Source of the DNA: Candidatus Sulfomarinibacteraceae bacterium
GTDB lineage: Bacteria; Acidobacteriota; Thermoanaerobaculia; Thermoanaerobaculales; Sulfomarinibacteraceae
NCBI GenBank assembly: GCA_963796455.1
Contig: CAWCLO010000003.1
Span: forward strand, 224,001-288,000
Direction of reading: 5' to 3'
DNA length: 64,000 bases
The notes below the pieces were generated by a model, which did no database searches, was not told the origin of the DNA, and was given only the letters and a program-made list of their open reading frames with translations. Position numbers and translations under genes: made by a program. Below are positions 30,541 to 41,060 of the stretch, in pieces (positions within the stretch are counted from its first letter, which is position 1; every line of letters begins with the position of its first letter).

Positions 30541-32151
30541 ATGAAAAAGCGAGCGATCGCTCGGTGGCAGGATCTCGACGACCGGACACCGGCTCACGCG
30601 CTTGTCGGCAATGTGGATCTGGTGGTCGTTCGATACGACGACGAAGTCTCGGTGCTCTTCGGACGATGCCTGCACCGTGGTGCATTGCTCGCCGACGGCC
30701 ACGTCGACGGCCCGAACCTGATCTGCGGTCTGCACGGTTGGGACTATCGCCTGGACACCGGGGTGAGCGAGTACAACAACGATGAAAGGCTGCAACTCTT
30801 TTCCTCGTGGATCGACGACAACCAGGTCTGGGTTGACGCAGATGAGATCGCTTCGTGGGAGATCGATCATCCCCAACCCTATGATCGAGAGGCCTACCAG
30901 GGGGCCTTCGCGGACCACCACGGCGCTCCTGAGGAGCCCTACGTCAGCGCCATTCAAGAACTGGCTGGGCACGGTTTGGCGCGTGTCGGTCACCACGGGC
31001 CGATGGCCGCGATGGGCGTTTCCCGAACCGAGCTCCCGCGCTGGGAGGATCTGCAACTCGTCACCGCTCAGCTTGCTCGTCTGCCCCTTCTGGATACGGA
31101 AGAGGTCGGCACCGAATTGGTGATCGGCCCCGGAGCCGACAAACCGCTGCATCTGGAGATCCCCCTCTTCGTTTCCGATATGAGTTTTGGCGCCCTCTCC
31201 GAAGAATCCAAAACTGCTCTTGCACTGGGAGCCGAAGCGGCGGGAACCGGAATCTGCTCCGGCGAGGGTGGGATGCTCCCTGAAGAACAGGCCGCCAATA
31301 CCCGATACTTCTATGAGCTCGCATCGGCCCGTTTCGGTTTTTCCTGGCAGGCCCTGACGCGAGTTCAGGCATTCCACTTCAAAGGAGGGCAGGCGGCCAA
31401 GACTGGCACCGGAGGCCATCTTCCCGGCCACAAGGTCACCGAGAAGATCGCCGCCGTACGCGGCCTGGAAGCAGGAACGTCCGCCATTTCGCCGGCACGG
31501 TTTCCCGATTGGGAGCACGAAGACGATTTTCGGAGATTTGCAGACGAGGTGCGGGAAAAGACCGGCGGCATCCCGATCGGCTTCAAACTCTCGGCGCAGC
31601 ACATCGAGGACGACCTCGACGCGGCCATCCGCATCGGTGTCGACTATGTGATCCTCGACGGACGTGGCGGTGGCACCGGCGCGGCACCGCTGATCTTCCG
31701 CAACAACATCTCGGTACCGACGATCCCCGCGATCGCCCGCGCGCGCCGCCACCTCGACGCCCGCGGCAGACAAGACATCACTCTGATCGCCACCGGCGGT
31801 TTGCGCCTGGCAGACGACTTCGTCAAAGCAATAGCCCTCGGCGCGGACGGTGTCGCCATCGCGAACTCGGCACTGCAAGCCATCGGTTGTCTAGGTATGC
31901 GCGCCTGCCACACCAACAACTGTCCGGTCGGTATCGCGACCCAACAACCGCACCTGCGACAACGATTGGTGATCGAACCGGCGGCTGCACGTCTGGATCG
32001 GTTTCTGCGCGCCACGACCGAGCTCATGCAGGTCATGGCGCGAGCGTGCGGCCACCGCCACCTCAATGAGTTTCGTGGCGAGGATCTGACGACCTTCAAG
32101 AAAGACATGGCTGAATTGACCGGAGTGAGATTCGGGGGAACGGCATCATGA
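30541..32151 (+). CDS. Rieske [2Fe-2S] + FMN-binding glutamate-synthase-like domain fusion
   Basis: CLHRG...CGLHGW Rieske motif, MSFGALS, GQAAKTGTGGHLPG and a C-terminal Fe-S motif (CLGMRACHTNNCPVG). Confidence 0.88.
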   Translation: MKKRAIARWQDLDDRTPAHALVGNVDLVVVRYDDEVSVLFGRCLHRGALLADGHVDGPNLICGLHGWDYRLDTGVSEYNNDERLQLFSSWIDDNQVWVDADEIASWEIDHPQPYDREAYQGAFADHHGAPEEPYVSAIQELAGHGLARVGHHGPMAAMGVSRTELPRWEDLQLVTAQLARLPLLDTEEVGTELVIGPGADKPLHLEIPLFVSDMSFGALSEESKTALALGAEAAGTGICSGEGGMLPEEQAANTRYFYELASARFGFSWQALTRVQAFHFKGGQAAKTGTGGHLPGHKVTEKIAAVRGLEAGTSAISPARFPDWEHEDDFRRFADEVREKTGGIPIGFKLSAQHIEDDLDAAIRIGVDYVILDGRGGGTGAAPLIFRNNISVPTIPAIARARRHLDARGRQDITLIATGGLRLADDFVKAIALGADGVAIANSALQAIGCLGMRACHTNNCPVGIATQQPHLRQRLVIEPAAARLDRFLRATTELMQVMARACGHRHLNEFRGEDLTTFKKDMAELTGVRFGGTAS

Positions 32152-34088
32152 ACGAGGGACGACTCGTGTGGTACCGCGTCGCGGATCTGGATGAACTGCC
32201 CGAAGGACGCGTCAAAACCGTCACCGCCGGCCGCGAGAGCATCGCCCTGACCCATTTCGAAGGAGAATATGCGGCCCTGCTCAATGCCTGCCCCCACCAG
32301 GGTGGGCCATTGGGTGAGGGATCCATCGAAGACGGCTGGCTTCGATGCCCCTGGCACGGCTGGGACTTTCATCCATGCACCGGTAAACCACCCGGCGGTT
32401 ATGACGACGGCGTGCCGATCTTTCCGGTCGAAATCCGTGACGACGGGATCTATGTCGGGATCGAGGAAGAAACCACCCGTGAAAGGACAGTCGCGGACGT
32501 CATGGTCGAAACCATGGTCGAGTGGGGTGTCAGCCACGTTTTCGGCATGGTGGGACACTCGAATCTCGGTCTCGCCGATGCATTTCGAAACCAGGAGGAG
32601 GCCGGCCGATTGAACTACATCGGCATCCGCCACGAGGGCGCTGCCTCCTTTGCCGCTTCGGCCTATGCAAAACTGAGCGGGCGACCGGCGGCTTGCTTTT
32701 CCATCGCCGGGCCGGGTGCCACAAACCTCTTGACCGGTCTGTGGGACGCCAAGATGGACCGGGTTCCGGTGCTCGCCCTGACCGGCCAGGTAGACACCCA
32801 GGTCCTCGGGCCGGGCGCTTTCCAGGAGTGCGACCTCGCAGCGGCCTTTGCTCCGGTGGCAACTTGGAGCCAGACCGTGCTCGATGGCAGCCGCCACGCC
32901 GAGCTGATGTCGTTGGCGCTCAAACACGCGATCGACGAACGAAATGTGGCTCACCTGGTCTTCCCCGACGAGGTCCAGGTGCTACCGGCCGACGGAATCG
33001 AGCCGCAGGCGCCCACCGGCCGTCTGGCAGAGCGCGAGATCAGCCCGCCCGCAGCAGTGTTGGATCGGGCGCTCGAAATGCTGGCGGCGGCCAAACGACC
33101 GGTCATCATCGTCGGCCATGGGGCCAAAGGTCAGATGGAATCGGTGATCGCACTGGCCGAGAAACTCGGAGCTCCCGTCGTGACCACGTTCAAGGGCAAG
33201 GGCTTGATCTCGGATCACCACCCTCTGGGATGCGGCGTTCTCGGACGGTCCGGCACGCCGGTAGCCAGCTGGTTCATGAATGAAAGCGATCTACTGCTGG
33301 TCTTTGGGGCGTCGTTCTCGAACCACACCGGCATCACCGAGAAGAAACCGATCATCCACGTCGACTTCGACCCTCTCGCCCTCGGCCGCAAGCACGCCGT
33401 GGATCTCCCGGTCTTCGGGCACATCGGGATGACCGCCAATCTGCTCTCGGCGGTACTCGTGCAACCGGCCACCGATGATCGCAAAAGTGAAATCGCCGAA
33501 CGGTGGCGTCTGTGGCGCGAAGAGAAGACGAGTCGGATGCAGGATGAGCTCGGCAACGGAGTCAGTTCAGCGACGGTCTTTGACTCGATGACCCGTCTCG
33601 TGCCCACGAACGCCGTGATCGCCGTCGATGTCGGCAACAACACCTATTCGTTCGGCCGCTATTTCGAGTGCACCGATCAGTCGGTTCTGATGTCCGGCTA
33701 CCTCGGTTCGATCGGTTTCGGCTATCCGGCGGCCATCGGCGCCTGGGCTGCCGCCCCGGATCGACCGATCATCGCAGTCACCGGCGACGGAGGCTTCGCA
33801 CAGTACATGGCCGAGGTGACCACCGCCGCCAGACACCGGATGAACATCACCCATGTGCTGCTCAACAACTCCCAACTCGGCAAGATCTCCAAAGAACAGC
33901 GAGCCGCAAATTACCCCGTCTGGCAGACCAGCCTCGTCAACCCGGACTTCGCTGCCTACGTGACGAGCTGTGGCGGCCTCGGGATCAGGGTCGAGGCAAA
34001 ATCGGAGCTCGATGAAGCCCTCGAGAGGGCCCTCGCCCACGATGGTCCCGCGACGGTGGAGGTCATCACGGACCCCGAGCTGATCTGA
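32148..34088 (+). CDS. Rieske [2Fe-2S] + ThDP-dependent (pyruvate oxidase/AHAS-like) enzyme fusion
   Basis: CPHQG...CPWHGW Rieske motif, IRHEGAASFAA, GPGATN, GDGG...LLNN ThDP motif. Confidence 0.88.
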   Translation: MNEGRLVWYRVADLDELPEGRVKTVTAGRESIALTHFEGEYAALLNACPHQGGPLGEGSIEDGWLRCPWHGWDFHPCTGKPPGGYDDGVPIFPVEIRDDGIYVGIEEETTRERTVADVMVETMVEWGVSHVFGMVGHSNLGLADAFRNQEEAGRLNYIGIRHEGAASFAASAYAKLSGRPAACFSIAGPGATNLLTGLWDAKMDRVPVLALTGQVDTQVLGPGAFQECDLAAAFAPVATWSQTVLDGSRHAELMSLALKHAIDERNVAHLVFPDEVQVLPADGIEPQAPTGRLAEREISPPAAVLDRALEMLAAAKRPVIIVGHGAKGQMESVIALAEKLGAPVVTTFKGKGLISDHHPLGCGVLGRSGTPVASWFMNESDLLLVFGASFSNHTGITEKKPIIHVDFDPLALGRKHAVDLPVFGHIGMTANLLSAVLVQPATDDRKSEIAERWRLWREEKTSRMQDELGNGVSSATVFDSMTRLVPTNAVIAVDVGNNTYSFGRYFECTDQSVLMSGYLGSIGFGYPAAIGAWAAAPDRPIIAVTGDGGFAQYMAEVTTAARHRMNITHVLLNNSQLGKISKEQRAANYPVWQTSLVNPDFAAYVTSCGGLGIRVEAKSELDEALERALAHDGPATVEVITDPELI

Positions 34089-34124
34089 GCAAGGGAACGG
34101 GTGCGGTGGAGCAGAGGGGCTCGA

Positions 34125-34880
34125 TGCTAGATACTGGATGCTAGATGCTGGAACACTCTTGTCCAAGACAGAGTCTCGGATAGTTCAGGGACAGCGTCAG
34201 TGAGCAGGGGTCAGCGCCAGCGTTCAGTCGTCAGCGACAGATATCAGCGATCAGCGGCAGGGACAGCGAACAGCACTCACTTCTTCGGGTTCAAGAGCCG
34301 CCAGGTCATTGCACGGACCTGATCGAAGGCCATCATCGCTTTACTGGCTCCATTTCGACTGATCGCCCCGGCGTGGGCGAGGAGCTCCAAGTGGCTGTCG
34401 ACCTCTTTCGCGGAAGCGTAGGCGATTCTCCAATGGTTCGACCGGTCTCTACCGACTCGGCCGTGCCCTTCTGCCAGATTCGCAGGGACCGAACTCGCCG
34501 ACCGGATCACCTGATCGGCTATGGACTTCAGCGGAGCTGGAACCCTCATCACGATCTTGATCGCGATTCCTGCTGCTTCGAGGGCTTTCGAGTGGGCGAC
34601 GAGGTTGGTGTTCGTGGCGGCTGAGGACATGGTCACGTCCGGGTCGTTCATGCCCATTCCCACAAGCCGGTGTGGTGGCCGATGTCAAGGATGCCCTGCA
34701 CCCTGCCTGTCCTTGACATCGGCCGCCCACCGGCTACCCCTTCTGTTGAACGACCCGGAGGTGACCACTTCGTCGCCTGTACCCCCGACCGCTGCTGCTG
34801 CTCCCCGTCGCTGACGGTGTCCCTGTTCGCTGTTGCCTGTCGCTGACGCTGGACACTGTCGCTGCCGCTGCAATTCGGGA
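34125..34880 (-). mobile_element. Four-helix-bundle gene cassette, copy 1
   Basis: Homologous over gene and both flanks to 46700-47452, in opposite orientation. Mobility is inferred from the duplication. Confidence 0.7.
34277..34630 (-). CDS. Four-helix-bundle protein (23S rRNA IVP / TIGR02436-like)
   Basis: DQVIRSASSVPANLAEGHGR and RIAYASAKEV family motifs; 117 aa. Confidence 0.88.
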   Translation of the reverse strand: MSSAATNTNLVAHSKALEAAGIAIKIVMRVPAPLKSIADQVIRSASSVPANLAEGHGRVGRDRSNHWRIAYASAKEVDSHLELLAHAGAISRNGASKAMMAFDQVRAMTWRLLNPKK

Positions 34881-35002
34881 TCGGGATCCCGCTCCCGAAA
34901 AAGAGAAGGGGAGAATCGCAACGGCAGCTTCGATCAAATCTCCTTGATCGAACCATTTTTTGGCCATGAATCAGATGTACTCTTAAGCTTGAGGAGATAG
35001 GA

Positions 35003-36049
35003 ATGGGCGAGAAAAAGCTTCGGCTGGCATTGATATTCGGAGGGCGTTCGCGCGAGCACGAAGTGAGCGTTGTGTCGGCCCGATCGGTTGATCGAGCCCT
35101 CGATCGAGACCGTTACGAGGTCGTTCCCATGGCGATCGATCGCAGGGGTCTGTGGACGGCACCGGAGGTGGCGGCCCGGATTCTCGAAGACGCTCCCGAC
35201 CGCACCGACAGGGTCATCTCCTTCGAAGGTCTGCACCGGCTCGACCCCCGACTTCTCGCAGAGGACTTCGATGTCGCGTTTCCGGTGCTCCATGGCCCCT
35301 ATGGTGAAGACGGCACGATTCAGGGCCTCTTCGAAATGCTCGATCTCCCCTTTGTCGGCTGCGACACCGCCGCCTCTGCAGTGTGTATGGACAAGATCTT
35401 CTGCAAGAACATGCTCGCCCGGGCATCGATCCCGACGCCACCCTGGGAGGAAATCGACCGAGATCGTTGGGCATTTGATAAGGGTCCGTATATCGAACGC
35501 TGTCTGGCGCTCGGTCTTCCTCTCTTCGTCAAACCGGCACGACTGGGCTCGTCGGTTGGGATCAGCAAAGTCTGCGACGAAAACTCGTTGGCGGCGGCGA
35601 TCGATATCGCCTTCGAACACGGCCGGCGGGTTCTCGTGGAACAGGGGGTCGCGGCGCGCGAAATCGAGATTGCCGTCCTCGGGAACAACGATCCCCGGGC
35701 ATCGGTGCCGGGTGAGATCGTTCCCGGTAACGATTTTTACGACTACAACGACAAATATGTCGACTCTTCATGTCAATTGTTGGCGCCCGCGCCCCTGGAT
35801 GAGCTCACTTCGGTCCGCGCACAGGAGCTGGCGACCCGGGTTTTCACCCTCCTTGGATGCTCAGGGATGGCGCGCGTGGATCTCTTTCTCGAACCCAACG
35901 GGGACCGCTTGTGGGTCAACGAGGTCAACACGATTCCCGGTTTCACCTCGATCTCGATGTTTCCACGGCTCTGGGGCTTGTCGGGGATCGAGTATCCGGC
36001 CCTTTTGAACGAGTTGGTCGATCTCGCGCTCGAGCGCAAAGGCTCCTAG
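35003..36049 (+). CDS. ddl: D-alanine--D-alanine ligase
   Basis: FGGRSREHEVS, HGPYGEDG, GSSVG, FYDYNDKY, EVNTIPG. Confidence 0.96.
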   Translation: MGEKKLRLALIFGGRSREHEVSVVSARSVDRALDRDRYEVVPMAIDRRGLWTAPEVAARILEDAPDRTDRVISFEGLHRLDPRLLAEDFDVAFPVLHGPYGEDGTIQGLFEMLDLPFVGCDTAASAVCMDKIFCKNMLARASIPTPPWEEIDRDRWAFDKGPYIERCLALGLPLFVKPARLGSSVGISKVCDENSLAAAIDIAFEHGRRVLVEQGVAAREIEIAVLGNNDPRASVPGEIVPGNDFYDYNDKYVDSSCQLLAPAPLDELTSVRAQELATRVFTLLGCSGMARVDLFLEPNGDRLWVNEVNTIPGFTSISMFPRLWGLSGIEYPALLNELVDLALERKGS

Positions 36050-36206
36050 CGGCCCCCGTCCGTTCCCGAAAGGGAGAAAGGGAGGGGAAAGGGAGAGGGC
36101 CCCACCACTCGATTCTGGATACTCGATGCTGGATGCTGCCACCGCTCCCATCCCAAAGGGAGAACCACCCGGCACCGATTTCTCCTGATGGAAACGACGC
36201 CCCCCG

Positions 36207-36328
36207 ATGTCATCCTGAGCGGAGCCCCCCAGGGGCGGAGTCGAAGGATCTATGAGACGGACTGAAACGCCCGTGAACCGCAGATCCTTCGACTGCGGCC
36301 GCCGAAAGGCGCTCCCTCAGGATGACAT
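36207..36328. repeat. REP/MITE-like palindromic element, copy C
   Basis: Terminal IR ATGTCATCCTGAG/CTCAGGATGACAT and the same inner IR as copies A and B. Confidence 0.92.
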
Positions 36329-36527
36329 CTTGAACGATCGTTCCGGTCCCGATCCCGCTCCCGATCCCGTATGGGGCTGACCGCACCCCAGGGTTGAGGG
36401 AGCGTTCGCTATCGCTATCGCTATCGGAATCGCTATCGAACGGCTGCGGTGGATTCCGTTCCTGTAAGGGGGAAAGGGAGAAAGGGAGAACCGTACCGGA
36501 GGCGTCGTTCGTGATAAGGAGCCGGGT

Positions 36528-36712
36528 CTCCTCTGCTCCTCTGCTCCTCTGCTCCTCTGCTCCTCTGCTCTCTCTGCTCCTCTGCTCCTCTGCTCCTCTG
36601 CTCCTCTGCTCCTCTGCTCCTCTGCTCCTCTGCTCCTCTGCTCCTCTGCTCCTCTGCTCCTCTGCTCCTCTGCTCCTCTGCTCCTCTGCTCCTCTGCTCC
36701 TCTGCTCCTCTG
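36528..36712. repeat. Octamer tandem array (CTCCTCTG) x23
   Basis: 22 perfect units plus one 9-nt variant at 36568-36576. Confidence 0.97.
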
Positions 36713-36886
36713 CTTCAACCGCTCGCATCCGATACCCGGATGCAGTAGGATCACGGGGCACACAGAGTGTCCGGAAAATGCCGCGGTTTGGGGGTTGACC
36801 TCCGCCGCCACAGGCACTATCTTCCGCGCTTGTGAAATCTTTCTCTTTTAGATTTCAGTCTGCGCAAACAACAGAGGAGCCGAAGC

Positions 36887-39151
36887 ATGAAGAAGAAGAT
36901 TACCCGCGAAGAAGCGCTCGCGTACCACACCGGCAAACGCCACGGCAAGACCGAGGTCGTCGCCACCAAACCGTGCATCACGCAGCGTGATCTTTCGCTC
37001 GCCTACACCCCCGGCGTGGCCGAACCCTGCCTTGAAATCGCCCGCGACCCCGAACTTGTCTACGAGTACACCAACAAGGGCAATCTGGTGGCCGTGGTTT
37101 CGAACGGCACCGCCGTCCTCGGTCTCGGCGATATCGGGCCGATGGCCAGCAAACCGGTCATGGAAGGCAAAGGCGTCCTTTTCAAACGATTTGCCGACAT
37201 CGATGTTTTCGATATCGAGGTCGACACCAAAGATTCGCAGGAAATCATCCGTTTTTGTGAGCTCCTGGCACCGACTCTCGGCGGTATCAACCTCGAGGAC
37301 ATCGGCGCACCCGAGTGCTTCGAGATCGAAGAAAAGCTCAAAAAGAGCTGCAATATCCCGGTCTTCCACGACGACCAGCACGGCACGGCCATCATTTCCG
37401 GCGCCGCCCTCGTCAACGCGCTCGAGATCGCGGAAAAGAAAATCGAGGACGTCAAGGTCGTGTTTTCGGGAGCCGGCGCGGCGGGCATCGCCTGTGCGGC
37501 ATTTTATGTGTCGCTCGGAGTCAAACAGGAGAACCTCCTGATGGTGGACTCCAAGGGCGTGATCTACAAGGGCCGCACCAAGGGCATGAACAAGTACAAG
37601 GAGCGATTTGCTGTCGAGACCGATGCCAGAACCCTGGCTGACGCCATGGACGGTGCCGATGTCTTCGCCGGTGTATCGGTGAAGGGCCTCGTGACCAAGG
37701 AGATGGTTGCGACCATGGCCGCCGACCCGATCATTTTTGCCATGGCCAACCCCGATCCGGAGATCTTGCCCGAAGACGCCTTCGAGGTGCGCTCTGACAT
37801 CATCATGGCCACCGGTCGATCGGATTATCCGAACCAGGTCAACAACGTGCTCGGGTTTCCGTTCATTTTCCGCGGTGCGCTTGATGTTGCGGCCTCCGGC
37901 ATCAACGAAAAGATGAAGCTGGCAGCCGCCCGCGCCCTCGCCCATCTCGCCAAGGAAGACGTGCCCGATTCGGTGATGCGGGCCTACGGCGGTCAAAAGA
38001 TCCGTTTTGGTCGCGAATACCTCATTCCCAAACCCTTCGATTACCGGGTTCTTCTGTGGGAAGCTCCCGCCGTCGCCGAGGCGGCCATCGAAACGGGAGT
38101 GGCCCGCAAGCCGTATTCTTCGAAGGAAGACTACGTCCGCGAGTTGGAAAACCGCCTGTCGCGGACCCGACGCGTGATGCACAGCGTTTTTGACGAGGCG
38201 GTCGCCGATCCAAAAAGGATCGTTTTCCCCGAGGGGGAGAACGAAAAGATCGTTCGCGCGGCCAAAATCCTCGCCGACGAGGGCATTTGCAACCCCGTTC
38301 TTCTCGGATCCACCGACAAGGTCCGCAAATTGCTCGAACTGCACGAGGTACCGAGCGACGCCGTCGAGGTCATCGATCCGACCGCCAACGGTGACGGTGA
38401 GGTATTTGCAGAGGTGCTGACCAGAATGCGCTGGCGCAACGGCGTCACCCTCGATGTCGCCCGCAAGCTGATGCGCGACCCGGTCTACTACGGCAATATG
38501 ATGGTGCAACAGAAAAAAGCCGATGGTCTGATTGCAGGACTCACCATGTCCTACCCGGAGACGATCCGCCCGGCACTCCAAATTCACAAAACCAGAGAGG
38601 GAATCGGCCGTGCCGCCGGGCTCTATCTGTTGCTCTTCGAAGATCGGATGCTGTTCATCGCCGACACGACCGTCAACCAGAACCCGACCGCGGAAGAACT
38701 GGCGGAGATCGCCTTTTTGTCGAGCCAGGCCGCCGAGCACTATTTCGGGGTCACCCCGCGGGTCGCGATGTTGTCCTACTCCAACTTCGGCTCCAATATC
38801 GACCACCGCTCGCAGAAGGTCCGAGACGCTGTCGCCATCGCCGAAAAACGGTGGCCCGATCTCGTGATCGAGGGCGAGATGCAGGCCGATACCGCAATCG
38901 AGCCCGGGATCGCCAGGGATGCATTCCCGCTGTCTCGGATCCAGGGTGACGCCAATATCCTGGTGTGCCCCGATCTCGAATCGGCCAATATCGCCTACAA
39001 GCTGCTGTGGAGGCTCGGCAAGGTCGAGGCCATCGGTCCGATCCTGACCGGCATCGACGCTGCGGTCCATATCCTCCAGCGTGGAGTGGATGTCAACGAC
39101 ATCGTCAATGTGGCGGCGCTCTGCGTGCTCAAGGCGCAACGCTGGAATTGA
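36887..39151 (+). CDS. maeB: NADP-dependent malic enzyme with PTA-like domain
   Basis: [41 protein letters not shown]-terminal PTA domain (EGEMQAD). Confidence 0.96.
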   Translation: MKKKITREEALAYHTGKRHGKTEVVATKPCITQRDLSLAYTPGVAEPCLEIARDPELVYEYTNKGNLVAVVSNGTAVLGLGDIGPMASKPVMEGKGVLFKRFADIDVFDIEVDTKDSQEIIRFCELLAPTLGGINLEDIGAPECFEIEEKLKKSCNIPVFHDDQHGTAIISGAALVNALEIAEKKIEDVKVVFSGAGAAGIACAAFYVSLGVKQENLLMVDSKGVIYKGRTKGMNKYKERFAVETDARTLADAMDGADVFAGVSVKGLVTKEMVATMAADPIIFAMANPDPEILPEDAFEVRSDIIMATGRSDYPNQVNNVLGFPFIFRGALDVAASGINEKMKLAAARALAHLAKEDVPDSVMRAYGGQKIRFGREYLIPKPFDYRVLLWEAPAVAEAAIETGVARKPYSSKEDYVRELENRLSRTRRVMHSVFDEAVADPKRIVFPEGENEKIVRAAKILADEGICNPVLLGSTDKVRKLLELHEVPSDAVEVIDPTANGDGEVFAEVLTRMRWRNGVTLDVARKLMRDPVYYGNMMVQQKKADGLIAGLTMSYPETIRPALQIHKTREGIGRAAGLYLLLFEDRMLFIADTTVNQNPTAEELAEIAFLSSQAAEHYFGVTPRVAMLSYSNFGSNIDHRSQKVRDAVAIAEKRWPDLVIEGEMQADTAIEPGIARDAFPLSRIQGDANILVCPDLESANIAYKLLWRLGKVEAIGPILTGIDAAVHILQRGVDVNDIVNVAALCVLKAQRWN

Positions 39152-39193
39152 AAGAGCGGTTTTCCGAGAGGCAATCGACTCAAAAGCGGAGAC

Positions 39194-39218
39194 AAACCCC
39201 GCCCTTACGGGGTTCTTT
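39194..39218 (+). terminator. Possible intrinsic terminator after maeB
   Basis: AACCCCG-CCCTTA-CGGGGTT followed by CTTT. Confidence 0.45.
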
Positions 39219-39379
39219 GGAGGGGCGGATTTTATCCCGCCCACTCAATCTCTCTCTCCGAGTGCCGTTGCGGCCGCTATCCGGATCGGAATGCCTTGCA
39301 CTTCCTGGCTGTTGGAATATCCAGCAAATCCAAACACGGGTCCGGCAAAACTCGGACCCAGGAGATCCTGGAGGGAACC

Positions 39380-39823
39380 ATGCAGGATACTCTCGAAGCA
39401 GTCCTCAACCACAAGGGGTCAACGGTCCTATCCGTCGACCCGAAGGATTCCGTCATGGACGCGGTCCGCAAGATGAACTGCGAAAAAGTGGGCGCTCTGC
39501 TGGTGTGTGTCGAAGGCCGGATGGTCGGGATCTTCACCGAGCGGGACGTTTTGTGCCGGGTCATCGACCCGGGCAGGGACCCTGACGCCACCGAGGTGTC
39601 GGAGGTCATGACATCCGAGGTCATGACGGTTCGATCGAAGACCAGCGTCCACGAAGCGATGGCGATCATCACCGAGAAAAGATGCCGCCACCTGCCGGTG
39701 ATCGACGATGGCACACTCCGTGGGATGGTTTCCAGCGGTGACCTCACGCGATGGGTGAGCCGAAGCCAGGAGGGGCACATCCAGGACTTGATGAACTTCA
39801 TCACGGGCAAATATCCGGGGTGA
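39380..39823 (+). CDS. CBS-pair protein
   Basis: GIFTERD and RHLPV CBS motifs; GGAGGG RBS. Confidence 0.88.
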   Translation: MQDTLEAVLNHKGSTVLSVDPKDSVMDAVRKMNCEKVGALLVCVEGRMVGIFTERDVLCRVIDPGRDPDATEVSEVMTSEVMTVRSKTSVHEAMAIITEKRCRHLPVIDDGTLRGMVSSGDLTRWVSRSQEGHIQDLMNFITGKYPG

Positions 39824-39932
39824 TTTCGGAGTTCGGAGTTCGGAGTTCGGAATTTTCAAAGCCTCGACGGCCGTCACGAATCCAGATTGCGACTGTGATG
39901 CGAATTCTGCGTTCATCTGCGTGATCTGCAGT
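39824..39932. repeat. (CGGAGTT) heptamers plus ATCTGCG 9-mer module
   Basis: cggagttcggagttcggagttcggaatt directly after the stop codon. 39906-39931 is the reverse complement of the module at ~16416-16441. Confidence 0.8.
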
Positions 39933-40021
39933 TTCTCCGCTTTCGTTCGCTCCACAACTTCATGACCCCCAGCGCCGGTGATAGACTTGTAGGCACCAAC
40001 GAAAAGCTCGGAGGAGTTGCC

Positions 40022-40951
40022 ATGAAAGGTGTATGGAAGACGATCACACTCACCATCCTGGTCGCGGTAGTCGCCGCGACGACCCCGGTCCTGGCGCAAG
40101 ACGATGCTGCCGGAGGGCTCCGATTCTCGATCACGGTCTCGCAGTTCGAGAATCAATCCGGCTGGCACGGTCAGTGGGACCTCGGAAACGCCTGGGGCAC
40201 GGTTCTCACCGATATGCTGAACCAGAGCGGCCGATTCATCGTGCTCGGCGAGACGGATATGCGCGGCGCGGCGCTCGACGAACAAGATTTCGCCGCCTCG
40301 GGCAGGACCGCTGGCGGCAAAAAAGCTCCGGCCACGGGCCAGATGACTCCGGCCCAGTTACTGGTCAAGGGGGCCATCACCCACGTCCAGGGCGATACCG
40401 GTGGAGCCGGCGGTGGAATTCGCGTCAAGGGCTTCAAGATCGGTGGTAAAGGCGGTCAGGGCGAGGTCAACGCGACCATCTACATCGTTGATTCCACCAC
40501 CGGCCAGGTGCTGGCTTCCAAGAGCGTCGTCGGCACGAGCAAACGCAAGGGCCTCGGCGTCGGTTACAACACCGGCAGTTGGGGAGCCGCATTCGGGGGC
40601 CACAAAAACGACAACGTGGGGAAGGCGGTCGAGGACGCCTGCGCCGTCGCGGTGGATTTCATGGTCGCCCAACTGCCGAATATTCAGTGGACCGGATCGG
40701 TGGTCCTGGTCAAAGACGGCAAGGTCTATGTCAACCGCGGTGCTCGCGAAGGAGTAGCGGTCGGACAACACTTTTCGGTGGGCGAGGTGGAGATTCTCCG
40801 TGATCCCGACACCGGTGAGGTTTTGGACGAGAGCATGACCCAGCTGGCGGAGTTGAAGGTCGATCAGGTCAAGGAAAAGCTTTCCATCTGTCAGGTGGTC
40901 TCCGGCAAAGCGGCGGCCGTTTCCAAAGGCATGACAATTCACAAATACTGA
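40022..40951 (+). CDS. CsgG/HfaB-family exported protein with C-terminal FlgT-like domain
   Basis: Signal peptide, SGRFIVL, IVDSTTGQVLAS, VYVNRG...DPDTGEVL. Confidence 0.72.
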   Translation: MKGVWKTITLTILVAVVAATTPVLAQDDAAGGLRFSITVSQFENQSGWHGQWDLGNAWGTVLTDMLNQSGRFIVLGETDMRGAALDEQDFAASGRTAGGKKAPATGQMTPAQLLVKGAITHVQGDTGGAGGGIRVKGFKIGGKGGQGEVNATIYIVDSTTGQVLASKSVVGTSKRKGLGVGYNTGSWGAAFGGHKNDNVGKAVEDACAVAVDFMVAQLPNIQWTGSVVLVKDGKVYVNRGAREGVAVGQHFSVGEVEILRDPDTGEVLDESMTQLAELKVDQVKEKLSICQVVSGKAAAVSKGMTIHKY

Positions 40952-40967
40952 GCATTTCATGCGCAGT

Positions 40968-41001
40968 AAAAACCGCGGTGGGCACCCACCGCGGTTTTTT
41001 T
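40968..41001. terminator. Bidirectional-type intrinsic terminator
   Basis: AAAAACCGCGGTGGG-CA-CCCACCGCGGTTTTTTT. Confidence 0.85.
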
Positions 41002-41060
41002 GTTGTCTGCTGAGGTATAATCCGCGACAGAACTACTTTGCGACGAGGGCGTCCAGGACA

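Larger units (their letters stand above)
36050..36720. repeat. Composite intergenic repeat mosaic
   Basis: Same module set as 28620-29155 and the reverse complement of 16590-16860. Confidence 0.88.

Noticed and set aside
34125..34880. 23S rRNA intervening sequence
   Set aside because: No rRNA sequence flanks either copy.
29046..36712. Tandem arrays as CRISPR
   Set aside because: Units are 6-9 nt and head-to-tail with no unique spacers; no cas genes are present.
36210..36817. ORFs with AEEQRSRG or LLCSSAP repeats (also 28849-29452 and 1437-1694)
   Set aside because: They are translations of non-coding tandem arrays, with no RBS or domain support.
36848..39244. 798-aa minus-strand ORF
   Set aside because: Antisense shadow of maeB.
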